Source of the DNA: Podarcis muralis
Taxonomy: Eukaryota
Direction of reading: 5' to 3'
Length of the DNA stretch: 64,000 nt
Assembly (NCBI RefSeq): GCF_964188315.1
Contig: NC_135661.1
Location: 57,226,001-57,290,000 of the forward strand
The position numbers were made by a program, and so were the translations under genes. Below the pieces are notes generated by a model that saw only the letters and a list, made by a program, of their open reading frames with translations, did not search any database and had not been told where the DNA came from. Shown here one piece after another: positions 36,101 to 46,596 of the stretch (the first letter of the stretch is position 1; each line of letters starts with the position of its first letter).

Positions 36101-39100
36101 GTCCCTTTACTTCTCCTTTGAATAAATGTTTTCATTCAATTTTTGAGAAATCTGTAAGCAAATTTAACAAAACACAACTGGACTGTTATTCCATCAAGAC
36201 TGAAAACAGTCCCGGTGAGTTCCAAAGGAGCCTTAAGACATGTAGCATAACCAATCAACTATTTTGCTCTAGTAAGTCAGGAGTTCTAATGGACGTGGTT
36301 GGCCTGCATCAGGAGGCAGGATTTGCCGCAAGAAAGCGGGAAGGGAGGCGTGGACGGTCCCGAGGGAGGCTTGGGTTCGAAAGATGCTTTGCTGCTCAGT
36401 TTCACCTCTCCGCTCTCTTTCCTTCTCAGCTGAAAAAGCAGATGGAGGCCAAGGCGGTCTTTGAAGGCTTCCTGGAGGGAGAGATTTCCTTCCAGCCAAC
36501 GTACAAATACAACACTGGGTCTGATGACTGGGACACCAGGTAGGCTTGCCAGGAGCACCACAGCCATTTTGGGTGCTCTGTTCTTTGCATGTCACCAACT
36601 CTAACAGGGAAGTGGTGATGGTCCAGAACAGCCAGAGGCTTCTCTTGTGCAGATGCTTCTCTGTAGCATCTGCACAAGACTAGACCAAAAAAACCACACG
36701 CATGCAAAGCCATTTTAACCTGTGAGCTTCTGTTTTGTTTTTTGTTTTTTAACCCAGTTAATAGCTCTTAGAATGCTGCTTTGGAGAAAAAACCCCTGAA
36801 ATACACAAGCTAGTGATGGCCCCACCTCAGAGGGCTTACAAACTGGGGGAAGCAAAAGCAAAATGTTCCCCTTGGCTTAATGCCGGCAAGGGGATGTGGC
36901 AGCCCCCCCCCATTTTGAAAGCTGCCACTTTTGGTCAGTACAGTGGTACCTTGGGTTACAGACGCTTCAGGTTACAGACTCCGCTAACCCAGAAATAGTA
37001 CCTCAGGTTAAGAACTTTGCTTCAGGATGAGAACAGAAATTGTGCTCTGGCGGCGCAGCAGCAGCAGGAGGCCCCATTAGCTAAAGTGGCAGCGCGAGGC
37101 CCCGTTAGCTAAAGTTGTACTTCAGGTTAAGAACAGTTTCCGGTTAAGAACAGACCTCCAGAACGAATTAAGTTCTTAACGCAAGGTACCACTGTAGTTG
37201 GACTTTAAAATGGCATGAAAGGGTGTATTTTACTGGATGTATCCCACGACATGGGAAAAGTCATCTCTGTTTAGAAAGAGGCCTTGGAGATTTCTAGTGC
37301 AGAAAGACTGCAGATCTAAAAATAAGCAACTATGAACTTTTGGTTACTTTTTATTACATGTTACTGTTATTTTTATGAGATGTTATTTTTTGTGGTTGTA
37401 TTTTTAAACTAAGTTGGTTTTTTTAAAAAAAGTTTTTAATGTTGTATTTTAAATTGTTGCAGTCCGCACTGAGATCTTGGAGTGAAGGGTGGGTAATAAA
37501 TTAAACAACAACAACAATGTTCCTGGACTTAGGAAGCTAACCTCTCCTGATGTAGTTTACAGCAGCCTTGTAATTTTATTTGGCAGTTACATAATTCCCT
37601 TTTGGGAGGTTTCCAGAGGGGTGCACTGTTCTCTTTTCAGGCTCATCCCATGTGGTTCTTAAGCCTGGGGCCAGCCCACTCACACTCTCCAAAGCAGCTG
37701 AATTAATAGAACAGGAACATTCGTGTGGAGTATGGGGAAGCTAATGGAGCAATGCGGACCACCATTCCTAGGACATCTCTAGAAACCGTCCCTGCAGACT
37801 TCAATTGTGGGCTGCCAGTGACTCCTACATCTCAGAAGATGGCAAGGCTTTGTTCTTGGGTTGAAAACAGCTGGTACACCCAGAGCAAAATGTTCCTCTA
37901 CACAATAGATATCCCCACTCCATAGAAAACTAGCCTATTGAGGAGAAGGCTAAGCTGGAACCAGCATGTCTGATATGCTAGTTTTCTTCTGGCAGGGACT
38001 CCTTTCATTTTGGGTATGGAGTGACTGAGGTCTCCCATCTCTCAGGGTATTGCAGACGCTGTCTGCTGTTTCCACAGTCTTCATGTGCTCTCCTCCTGAC
38101 AGAGCCAAGTCTGGTGGCCGAAATGACCGTTCTTCTCCTTGCTTTGCCTCCCATGCAGTGAGAAATGCCGCACGCCAGCCTGGTGTGACCGGATCCTGTG
38201 GAGAGGGAAGAATATCTCTCAGCTGAGCTACCGGAGCCACATGGCCTTGAGGGGCAGCGACCACAAGCCAGTCAGTGCCATCTTTGACATTGGGGTAGGC
38301 ATCCACCTCCCTCAAGCACAGCTGGTGTGAGAGCCTGGGGAGGGCTCCCGCCACTCTGGCTCCCTCCGTTTTGCCACCCTGTCCTTCTCTTCTACAGGAC
38401 GCGGGTGGGTAAAAGCCTCAGCGCCTAGGGCTTGCCGATCGAAAGGTCGGCGGTTCAAATCCCCGTGGCGGGGTGCGCTCCCGTTGCTCGGTCCCAGCAC
38501 CTGCCAACCTAGCAGTTCGAAAGCACCCCCGGGTGCAAGTAGATAAATAGGGACCGCTTACTAGCGGGAAGGTAAACAGCGTTTCCGTGTGCTGCGCTGG
38601 CTCGCCAGATGCAGCTTGTCACGCTGGCCACGTGACCCGGAAGTGTCTCCGGACAGCGCTGGCCCCTGGCCTCTTGAGTGAGATGGGCGCACAACCCTAG
38701 AGTCTGTCAAGACTGGCCCGTACGGGCAGGGGTACCTTTACCTTTACCTTCTCTTCTACAGAACCATAGAGTTGGAAGGGCACTCCAAGGGTCATCCAGT
38801 CCAACCCAGAATCCCAGCAACCTTGGCTAGCTCTGAAGCTGGCCAGACACTGTGCTGCACAAGCAAATGCTGCATCTTCCACCTTCACACACCCCGCCTT
38901 GCAAAAAATCAAATCAAATCTTGGGCCTCCTTTCTGTAGGTCTTTCCTGGGCACCTACCACATGGTGACATCTTTCCTTATCAGCTGAGCTTATACAGTC
39001 CAGGGGTGAAAGGGCTGGGACAAGGATTATGGCTGGTGTAAGCCAGAGGAGTGGGATTGCAGGACCCTTCAGCACTTTGGGGGGGGTGTGCCCCATGGGA

Positions 39101-42100
39101 TGCGTTTGACAGCCAGCTTCCTCTGGAGCTTGGGTGTTGGGTGCTTAGTTAATATGGCAGGTGATGCTGAGGACTCCCGGGAGGGGGAACCTCCTCCCCT
39201 CTGTCCCTCCCCCCTTCTCCCCCCAGTGACCCTTCTGCTGCTGCATGTTCCATTCAGGTGAAGGTGGTGGACAAGGAGCTCTACCGCAGATCCTTCGAAG
39301 ACATCGTGCGCTCCTTGGACAAGATGGAGAACGCCAGCATCCCGTCGGTCACCCTCTCCAAGAGGGAGGTAGGATATGCTGCTGCTGCTGCTGCTGCCCT
39401 GGCCAGTGGGCAGCATCAAGAGGCTTGCTTATGGAGATACAGCCCCACTGGGCCTGCTGGCTCAAGGCCACGTTTGGGGCACGGCAAGTTTATGGCATTC
39501 CACAGAACGAGCCTCCCAGCGGACCTCTTTCCCAAGCTTGCTGCTGGGACCTGGATGTTCAGTGGAGCTTGGGGTCAAGCCCTTAGTTCATAGAATTGTA
39601 GAGTTTGAAGGGACCTCAAGGGTAATTTAGGGTCCAACCTCTGGCATGCAGGAATCACAGCTACAGAATCCCTGACAGCTGTCTGTCTGACCTCTGTTGG
39701 AAACCCCCCAATGAAGAAGGGTGCACCACCTTCCGAGGGACTCTGTTGCACTGCCGAATGGCTCTTGCCCTCAGAAACTTCTTCCTAACCTTTAATTGGA
39801 ATCCCCTTCCTTGTCCCTTGTCACTTCCATTGGTTCAGGTCCTCCCCTCTGGAGCAGGAGAAAACAAGCTTGCTCCATCTTCTATGGAGACAGCTCTTCA
39901 GTTATTTGAAGATGGCTTTCCTATCTCCTCTTAGTCTCTTCTCCAGGCTACATATGCACAAGTCCCCTTTTCTTTCCCACCCTTCTCCTCCGTGTTTGTG
40001 GTTCTTTCCCCACCCACAGTTCCTCTTCAAGGATGTGAAGTACATGCAGCTCCAGATGGCGTCCTTCACCATCCACAATGGGCCCGTTCCTTGCCAGTTT
40101 GAGTTCATCAACAAGCTGGACGAAGAGGCCTACTGCAAGCCATGGCTGATGGCAAACCCCAACAAGGGCTTCCTGTTACCTGGTGAGCTGGGAGGTCTCT
40201 GTCTTTTCATGGTGTTTTACCACCCTTCCTACCTGATCCTCCCCCCCGGGTGACAGCCACAGATTGCTCTTGGCCAGCCCAACCTGATTCAGCATCCTGT
40301 GGCTGTGTGCACCTGATCCATCCAAGGCCCTCCAAATATGCTCAGTTTGATTCAAGCTTCAGACAAATCTGGTTCAGAGCCCCAATAGCCACAGTTGCTC
40401 ACAAATTAAAATATCACTTCATTGATCTGGAGAATAGCCGTGTTTGTAGCAAGAACAGCAAAAGTCCAGCAAAAAATTAAAGACAGATTTATTGCGACAC
40501 GAAGTACCTTTTGCATTTCACCAGCTGTCAGGGCAGGGAGGGCGCTGGGTATCCATGAGCAGACTCTGTCAATGCCTCATCCAGGGACCCAGACAGTCTT
40601 CTGCCTGCAGCTCTTTGGACTCACAAAGCAGCCACCCCTCCCCTTTTCTTGGAGTTGTTGTCAGGTGAGCAGCTCCAGGCCCCTCAGTTTGTATTTATTT
40701 ATTTGTATTTATACCCCGCCTTTTTCTCCAAGGAGCTCTAGAGTGGTGTACATGGTTTTTTCCCCCCTTATTTAATCCCCACAGCAACAACCCTGTGAGG
40801 TGGGTTGGGCTGATTGGCCCAAGGTTGCCGGGTGAACTTGGTGGCCAAGTGGAGATTCAAACCTTGGTCTCTCCCAAGTCCTAGTCCAGCATTCTAACCA
40901 TTACACCACACTAGCTCTCAGTTTATCCTTTGAGGCCTTTGACGCTGTGGATCCTGGTGTGTGTTGACAGTGGGGCTGGGTGAGCATTTTGTGGGTTTGC
41001 TCTGGAATGTTTCTTTCAGCAGGAGCTTGCTCATCTTCCATCAGGGACCTTCCTTGTAGGGATCCATCTTTCCTCCTCTTTCTCCCCACCCCACAAACTA
41101 CATGTGGTTGTGAGATGCTTTGAGGCTTGGTGTTGTCAAACTGTCCATCTTCCTTCTCCCTGAAGATGCCGAGGTGACGGTCGAGTTGGAACTGTTTGTG
41201 AACAAGTCAACAGCAACACACTTGAACTCTGGAGAGGACCAGCTGGAGGACATCCTGGTGCTGCACCTCGACCGGGGCAAAGATTACTTCTTGCCTGTGT
41301 CAGGGAACTACCTGCCCAGCTGCTTCGGGTGCCCCCTGCAGACCCTGTGCCACATGAGGGAGCCTATCCAAGAGATGTCGCCAGAGGCCATCAGGAAGCT
41401 AGTGAGTTCTTATGGCCAACCAAGTCTGCTGCCCTTCATCCCAAAGACATTTGGGGGGAGTTGGCTTGGGAGGAGGATTGCAGACTAGGTGTCTCTTTGG
41501 GGACCTTCCAACTCTGCTTCATGTGCAATGCTGCTTTGCAGAGGATGCTGCCTCAGACTACACAGTCCTTCCAGTCCAGGACTGTTCACACTGACTGGCT
41601 ATGGCTCTTCAGGCGGCGGGGGTGTGTGCATTCCCTGTCCTACCTGGAGATGCCATAGGGAATTGAGCTTTGGAGTTTTCTGCATGTAGAGCAGGTGCTC
41701 TACCACTGAGATTATGGCCTTTCTCCAACCCTGTTGCTCCCTTCCAGGTTCTGCTGCCATTGTGGTCAAGTGACAATGATGCCTCCTGGCCCGAGAAGCC
41801 CTTGGACATTCCTAAGGAGTTGTGGATGATGGTTGACCACCTGTACCGCAATGCTTGCCAGCAGGTTAGAAGGATGCCCCTGGACCTGAACTTTGTGTGC
41901 TTGGCCTTGTTATGGGAAGAGGGAAGGATAGGAGCTTAGCTTTGGCAAAGCCCAGCAGGGGCAGGAGTGCTCATTAAATGCTGGGGAATGAACAGTATCT
42001 ATGGTGCTTGCTAACTAACAAGGGGGCTTCTACACTGTTTGTGCCCTGGAGTTTGGCTGCATTGGGTTCATTGTGCCCTTGGGATGTGTGATTGTATTCA

Positions 42101-43695
42101 TGGGTGCAGCTTCACAGGAAGGCACTTCCAGCAGATCTAGCAAAGTGAAACTGATCTTTTTTTGCCTTCTGTGCCTTCCTTGCCTTTCACTGTGGCTGCT
42201 CATGTTTGCAGGAGGACCTCTTCCAGCAGCCGGGCCTGAGGGTCGAGTTTGAACAGATCCGTGATTGCCTGGACACAGGGATGATGGATACGCTCAGTAT
42301 CCTTGGAGGAAGTCTGTTTGAAAGAGGGACTGGCATTATCTTTCTCTCTCCCACCCCTTGTAATTCAGTACAGTACAATTGCATATTATGCACGATTTCA
42401 ACCATATGCGGTTGAAGGCAGGCTGGTTGAAATTCTACAAGTTAAATGCAAGCAAGGCAGAGGGCTTAAATGCTCGTCACACTGGGAAAGCCTTCTGGTG
42501 TTTCTGGAACGTAACCCCTGCATAAGATGCAATTCTACTTCATTACCGTGGAGTCTGCTGATCCTTTCTGCAAAGTACATGTTTACCACCTCCCTCCCTT
42601 AGCAGTTCAGTCAACCCGATCCCCATCCCAGCTACCTATGAGCTGGGTTTCTGCGCCAGATGAGACAAACATTTCTCTCCCTGTGAATACCTTATTGCAG
42701 CTAGTTGTCATCTTGCATTTTTTTACTGCCTCTGTGGTTGTGCAGCCCCCTACGCTGGGGCCTCCTTATGGGTGAGTGGGCTTTCCCAGTGTCTCAGCAT
42801 TGCAGCTGGCACTGGCCTCATCTTGGCGACTGCCTGTTCCTTAAACATCACTGGCCAGATGGCAGCAACCACTCGGTGGCGGAAGCTTTGCTGCTCTTCT
42901 TGGAGAGTCTTCCTGAGCCGGTCATCTGCTACACGCTGTACGACAAGTGCTTGGAGGCTGCTGATAGCCATGTGCTGAGCAATCAGGTGAGCCAGTAGAA
43001 GCCGGCTGCCAAAATGGGAGACATGTAATGCCCTGGTCCCTTGGTGGGGGAAGTGTGTTTGCAAGGCGTGCAACAGCTTCCTTCTCTGTTGTTCCCAGGT
43101 GGTTTCCACGCTGCCCAAGTGTCATAAAAATGTCTTCAGTTATCTGATAGCATTTCTGCGGGAACTACTGCAGCACTCTGTGAAAAACCACTTGGATGTG
43201 AATATTCTTGGTGAGAACTGATCCTGGCTTTGGTGGATGATCCTAGGATGAGTGAACTGGGATAAACGGGGTCATGACCTATTTGATTTAAATGTTTTGG
43301 CATGTCACACACCTGACAGGAATGAAGCTCATTTAACTATGCCCTGGAGCAGCTTGTTTCAAAACATAGGTTGAGCCAAGTGGAGGTGGTGAGCTGGCAT
43401 CTCAACTCCTGTGCATTTAATTATTCGGGACACTGTGCCAAAAAACCATCAGCTGGTGCGGTGGGCCTTGAGAAGGGCAGGCATCCCCCTTGATAGCTCC
43501 TTACATGGAACTCAGATGCCACTTTTGTATGCAAACACTAATGGATTTTTTTATCATGTTTCCTGTGCAGGTAGCATATTCGGGGGGCTACTGCTCCGTC
43601 CCCCTCCTGGTCACACCAAGCCAGGCATTGCAGAGAAGCGGAAAGCTCAGCAATTCATCCAGCAGTTCCTCTTGCGGGAAGAGATCACACTGTGA
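23326..43695 (+). CDS. INPP5B: Type II inositol polyphosphate 5-phosphatase (PH, 5-phosphatase, ASH and RhoGAP-like domains)
   Basis: Exons 23326-23382, 23496-23566, 23928-24025, 24503-24532, 25313-25429, 30021-30123, 31305-31475, 31962-32063, 32794-32908, 33670-33786, 34597-34784, 35798-35909, 36430-36539, 38159-38294, 39258-39368, 40020-40182, 41166-41401, 41748-41864, 42212-42296, 42859-42986, 43099-43210, 43571-43695, all phases consistent. Motifs [50 protein letters not shown] and IPKELW. The 25429-to-30021 junction is inferred. Confidence 0.96.
25800..26300 (+). mobile_element. Degenerate L2-clade LINE 3' fragment
   Basis: ...GGTTGTGACCATAAAGCCTTATATG...GCCTTCGTGGTTGCTCCCAGATGGCGGAACTCCCTTCC..., the typical L2 3' end, followed by a T-rich tail. 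Confidence 0.5.
26640..27130 (-). mobile_element. L2-clade LINE 3' fragment (minus strand)
   Basis: Minus ORF 26788..27021 reads [31 protein letters not shown], the conserved L2 ORF2 C-terminus (AFSxxAPxLWNxLP...FKxxLKTxLF). Confidence 0.75.
27300..28450. promoter_or_regulatory. INPP5B: Internal CpG-island promoter within INPP5B
   Basis: CpG-dense intronic island with a GC box (GGGCGGGGGCG, about 27617), an inverted CCAAT (GATTGG, 27651) and an ATG-containing exon ending in a strong donor at 27743. Confidence 0.7.
27716..27743 (+). CDS. INPP5B: Alternative first coding exon of a short (PH-less) INPP5B isoform: MCASWRRRA(G)
   Basis: ATGTGCGCTTCTTGGCGGCGGCGCGCAG|gtagga ends in phase 1, matching the acceptor at 30021 and giving [20 protein letters not shown]... 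Confidence 0.6.
30328..30864. mobile_element. hAT non-autonomous element interrupted by a nested mariner MITE
   Basis: TIRs CAGTGGTTCCCAAA...TTTGGGAACCACTG; internal sequence is homologous to 5315-6007. Confidence 0.8.
30476..30695. mobile_element. Tc1/mariner MITE (nested)
   Basis: TA|CAGTGGTACCTTGGGTTA...TTAACCTGAGGTACCACTG|TA. Confidence 0.85.
32278..32322. repeat. (CCT)n microsatellite
   Basis: Direct reading of the sequence. Confidence 0.95.
32430..32730 (+). mobile_element. CR1 LINE 3' fragment
   Basis: GCTTTAAAAGAGGATTGGACAAATTCATGGA...GGATGCTGGACT...TGATCCAGCAGG, similar to 8410-8730. Confidence 0.7.
33200..33590 (+). mobile_element. CR1 LINE ORF2 C-terminal fragment
   Basis: Decayed [32 protein letters not shown] coding motif followed by the CR1 3'UTR. 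Confidence 0.75.
36941..37194. mobile_element. Tc1/mariner MITE with an internal duplication
   Basis: TA|CAGTGGTACCTTGGGTTA...TTAACGCAAGGTACCACTG|TA. The GAGGCCCC.TTAGCTAAAGT segment is duplicated internally. Confidence 0.85.
38397..38750 (+). mobile_element. Sauria SINE, near full length, with 15-bp TSD
   Basis: tRNA-derived head (GGACGCGGGTGG...GGTTCAAATCCCC), Sauria core and (ACCTTT)n tail. TSD CCTTCTCTTCTACAG at 38383-38397 and 38747-38761. Confidence 0.9.
39590..39930 (-). mobile_element. CR1 LINE 3' fragment (minus strand)
   Basis: Reverse complement of the CR1 end (CATAGAATTGTAGAGTTTGAAGGGACC...CTTCTCCAGGCTA). Shorter CR1 tips also occur at about 15330, 16140 and 38760. Confidence 0.7.
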
Positions 43696-45249
43696 AGGCC
43701 GAGGACTAGTAACTATAGGCAGGGCCTGTGTAAAAAATAGTTTTGTATATTCAGAAAATTAGATTTTGCAGTAATTGTGTTTTTTTAAAAAAATGTAAAG
43801 ACATGTACATACTTTTTAATTCTGGAGCACAGGTCAGGTGGGAAGAAGCAGCTGCTACTGTGTTAGCAGCACTATAAAGCACAGTGAGTTTTTATATTAA
43901 AAATCCAGTCTGCACACTGGATCTTGACTGTGGTATGTCATGTTTTGTGACAAAACAATGTCCTTCTTTATCTGCCATTGCCTTAATGCTTAATCTTTGA
44001 TAACCTAAATCAGCTACTTTTATAAGCAAAGAATGTAACATAAATATAATTAAACATTTTAACTTATTAACGTCTATGCTGCTTGCTCTCATTGTTAATC
44101 CAAGGAGGTGTCTGGCTTGGCAGCAGCAACACCTGAGGAGCGCCTTTGGGATCTTAACATAAGAGCATAGAGTCTGCTGCATCAGGCAATGGCCCATCAT
44201 GAGCATAGCCATCATGGCTAGTAGGCTTTGATAGCCCTCTGTTGGATAGAGATCAGGAGTGTGCACAAAGCTGGCTTAAAGCTAAATCTCTGGCCACTCA
44301 AAAGCCACATTGGCTTCATGTCTAGTTCATGGCACTTGCTGGGAGCCTGGTTCACTCTTTTTGACTGGAGGGAGTCTGTTGTTTCTCTGAATGGGGATGG
44401 AGGCCCAGGACTGTGATCACATTTTGTGTTCTTACAAGGTATGAAGGCACCACAGCCAGGATTTGCTGCCCTGACTAGCAACAATGTTTGATGCTGTAAC
44501 TGCAGGGGAAGCTCTCACTTCCTCCTTTTCAGTCCTGCCTTCCTCCTATTAGTGGGCTTACCCTCTGGCCCTCCTAGCCTAGAAAGTTTCCTGTGCCCCT
44601 CTAACAACCACAGTGGAGGGTTAATGGAACACACAACCCTTCATAAATTGACAGGAAGTGTGTGGTGGGGCTCTGAAGATGTGTGCGCAAGCCCCATAAG
44701 AAGTGAGAAACATTTCTCTCCATTTTCTACACACTGAGCTATTGCGTCCCTTCCATTACCTCTTTCTTAAGTCTTCAATTGTTTCAAGCCAATTGCTTGA
44801 TTATTTTGGCTGCCTGTTTCTGCCCTGCTCCCCTGGTGTGGTGATGGGGCACCTGCCAAGTTCTTTCAAGCAAAGAGCAGCCTTGATTGACTGGGTTACC
44901 ACCTACACTGAGACTGGAGTGATAGGGAGTCGAGTAGGCAGGCAAGAGACCCCCCCCCCTTGTGCCCACTTGGGGCCCCTCCAGGTAACCTCATTAACGA
45001 GCCTTTTAATTAGCAAGCCTCTAAATTATCGAGCCTTCTCCCTGACTTCAATAGTACTTGCTCATCCTGGGGTGCTTCGATAAACTGCTTTGACATTATT
45101 ATTGTTTTCAAATGAAGTACTGTAGATGTCTATAAAATAGATATGCCAAGGAGCGAATCGTCCTGCGTTCTTCATGCTTTTAAAGCTCCTCTCAATCATT
45201 CATCCACGCCACTCTTTTCCAGTGCATTCCCTCGCCCACTTTCCAAGCT

Positions 45250-46150
45250 GCCCGAGCCTTTTTTTGGGTGGGCAAAAAACCAGTTTCAAATCCAGCTGCG
45301 CGCCGCGTCCTGCCTCCCGCCCCGGCATCTTCCCGTCCACTTCCCGCAAAACAGATGCAGCCTGGACTCGGTGCCAGAAGAGGCTTTTCGCTCTCCATAA
45401 GGGGAGGGAGGCTGCAAGGGCGGCCTTGCCAGGCTCTCGGATGATTCACAACAGCCCTGCAATGAAGACCCGACGCCTCGCGGTTTTGAAGGCATCCGTC
45501 CCTCCCGAGGAGACACCGCCAGCGCACCGCTCTAGCCTCTCTCCATCTGTAGTAGGAGGGGGCGTGGCCGGAAGAGGTGCTTTCCCGGCTTGCCCCGCGC
45601 TGCTCGGAAGCGGAAGCGCGAATGTCTGAGGAAACCTCGGGCGGACGGACCGAGCGAGCCGAGCGGACTGACGGGCGGGCGAGCGAGCAAGCGAGTGCTG
45701 GCGCTCGGGCTGCGCGTGGCAGCCGGGCAGGCGCCATGGCACCGACACGGGCCGGGCTGGGCCTGGAGCTGGACGCGGCCGGTGAGATGCGCGCGGGGCG
45801 GACAGGCGGCCCTGGAGCGAAGCGAACCTGGTGCTCGGGCTGTCCCGAGGCTGGCCCTGTCGTCCTCCTCCCTGTCAGAGAGCCGCCCTCTCGCGGCGAC
45901 TCGTGGGTCACTGTCGGGGGTGGCGGCGAAGCAGGGCCGCGATCTCCTTTTCCCCCCGGGCGCGGCGGCGGCGGTAGCTCCTTGGGGTTGTCGAAGCGGA
46001 GCTTGTTGGGGCGACAGAGCCCTCCTTCGGCTGAGGGTCTCTTCAGCCTCCTCCTCCTGCTACTGCTGCTGCGACTCTTTTAGTATTAAGCGGGGAGGGG
46101 CGATCCGTCAGCCAGCCTGGTGACCGAAAGAGTGACCCACATAATGTAGC
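45250..46150 (+). promoter_or_regulatory. MTF1: MTF1 CpG-island promoter and non-coding exon 1
   Basis: CpG island with GGGGCGTGGCC (Sp/KLF), CCGGAAG and tandem GGAAGCGGAAG (GABP-type) motifs, about 0.5-1 kb upstream of the first coding exon. Confidence 0.75.
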
Positions 46151-46596
46151 CTTTCGGCTGGGAGATTTGCAGAATTTTACAAGCAGTCGATGTATATGCA
46201 CGCATATACTTGTCTCCTCCAAAAGCCAGAAGGCGCCATGCAAAACCCAGCAAGTCTCCAATGCTGGGGGGGCGGGAAGAGAGGGAGAAGTAAGACTTAA
46301 AAGATGCATGTTTTTTGTGACATTAGCACGACACATTTTGACTCAAGTGAGCCTTCTGCAGGGAGTTATCTGTAGAAAATATAAGGGCTCTGGCTTCACT
46401 GCACTTTAAAAACCTTGTAAAGCACGAAGAACTGAAGCAACTATGTGCAAGGAATCCTAAGTAAATTGAGTGTCAAATGGAAAACAGTACTACTTCCTGA
46501 ATGTTCATGAGTTCTGACTGCTCTGTTCTACGTGATCTTTTTACAGGTGAGCTGTCTTATGTTCATTCTGTGACTCTTCTGGAATGCCACTAAACC

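Noticed and set aside
45192-46123. Several 150-240 aa ORFs at the MTF1 promoter
   Set aside because: CpG-island artefacts with low-complexity composition.
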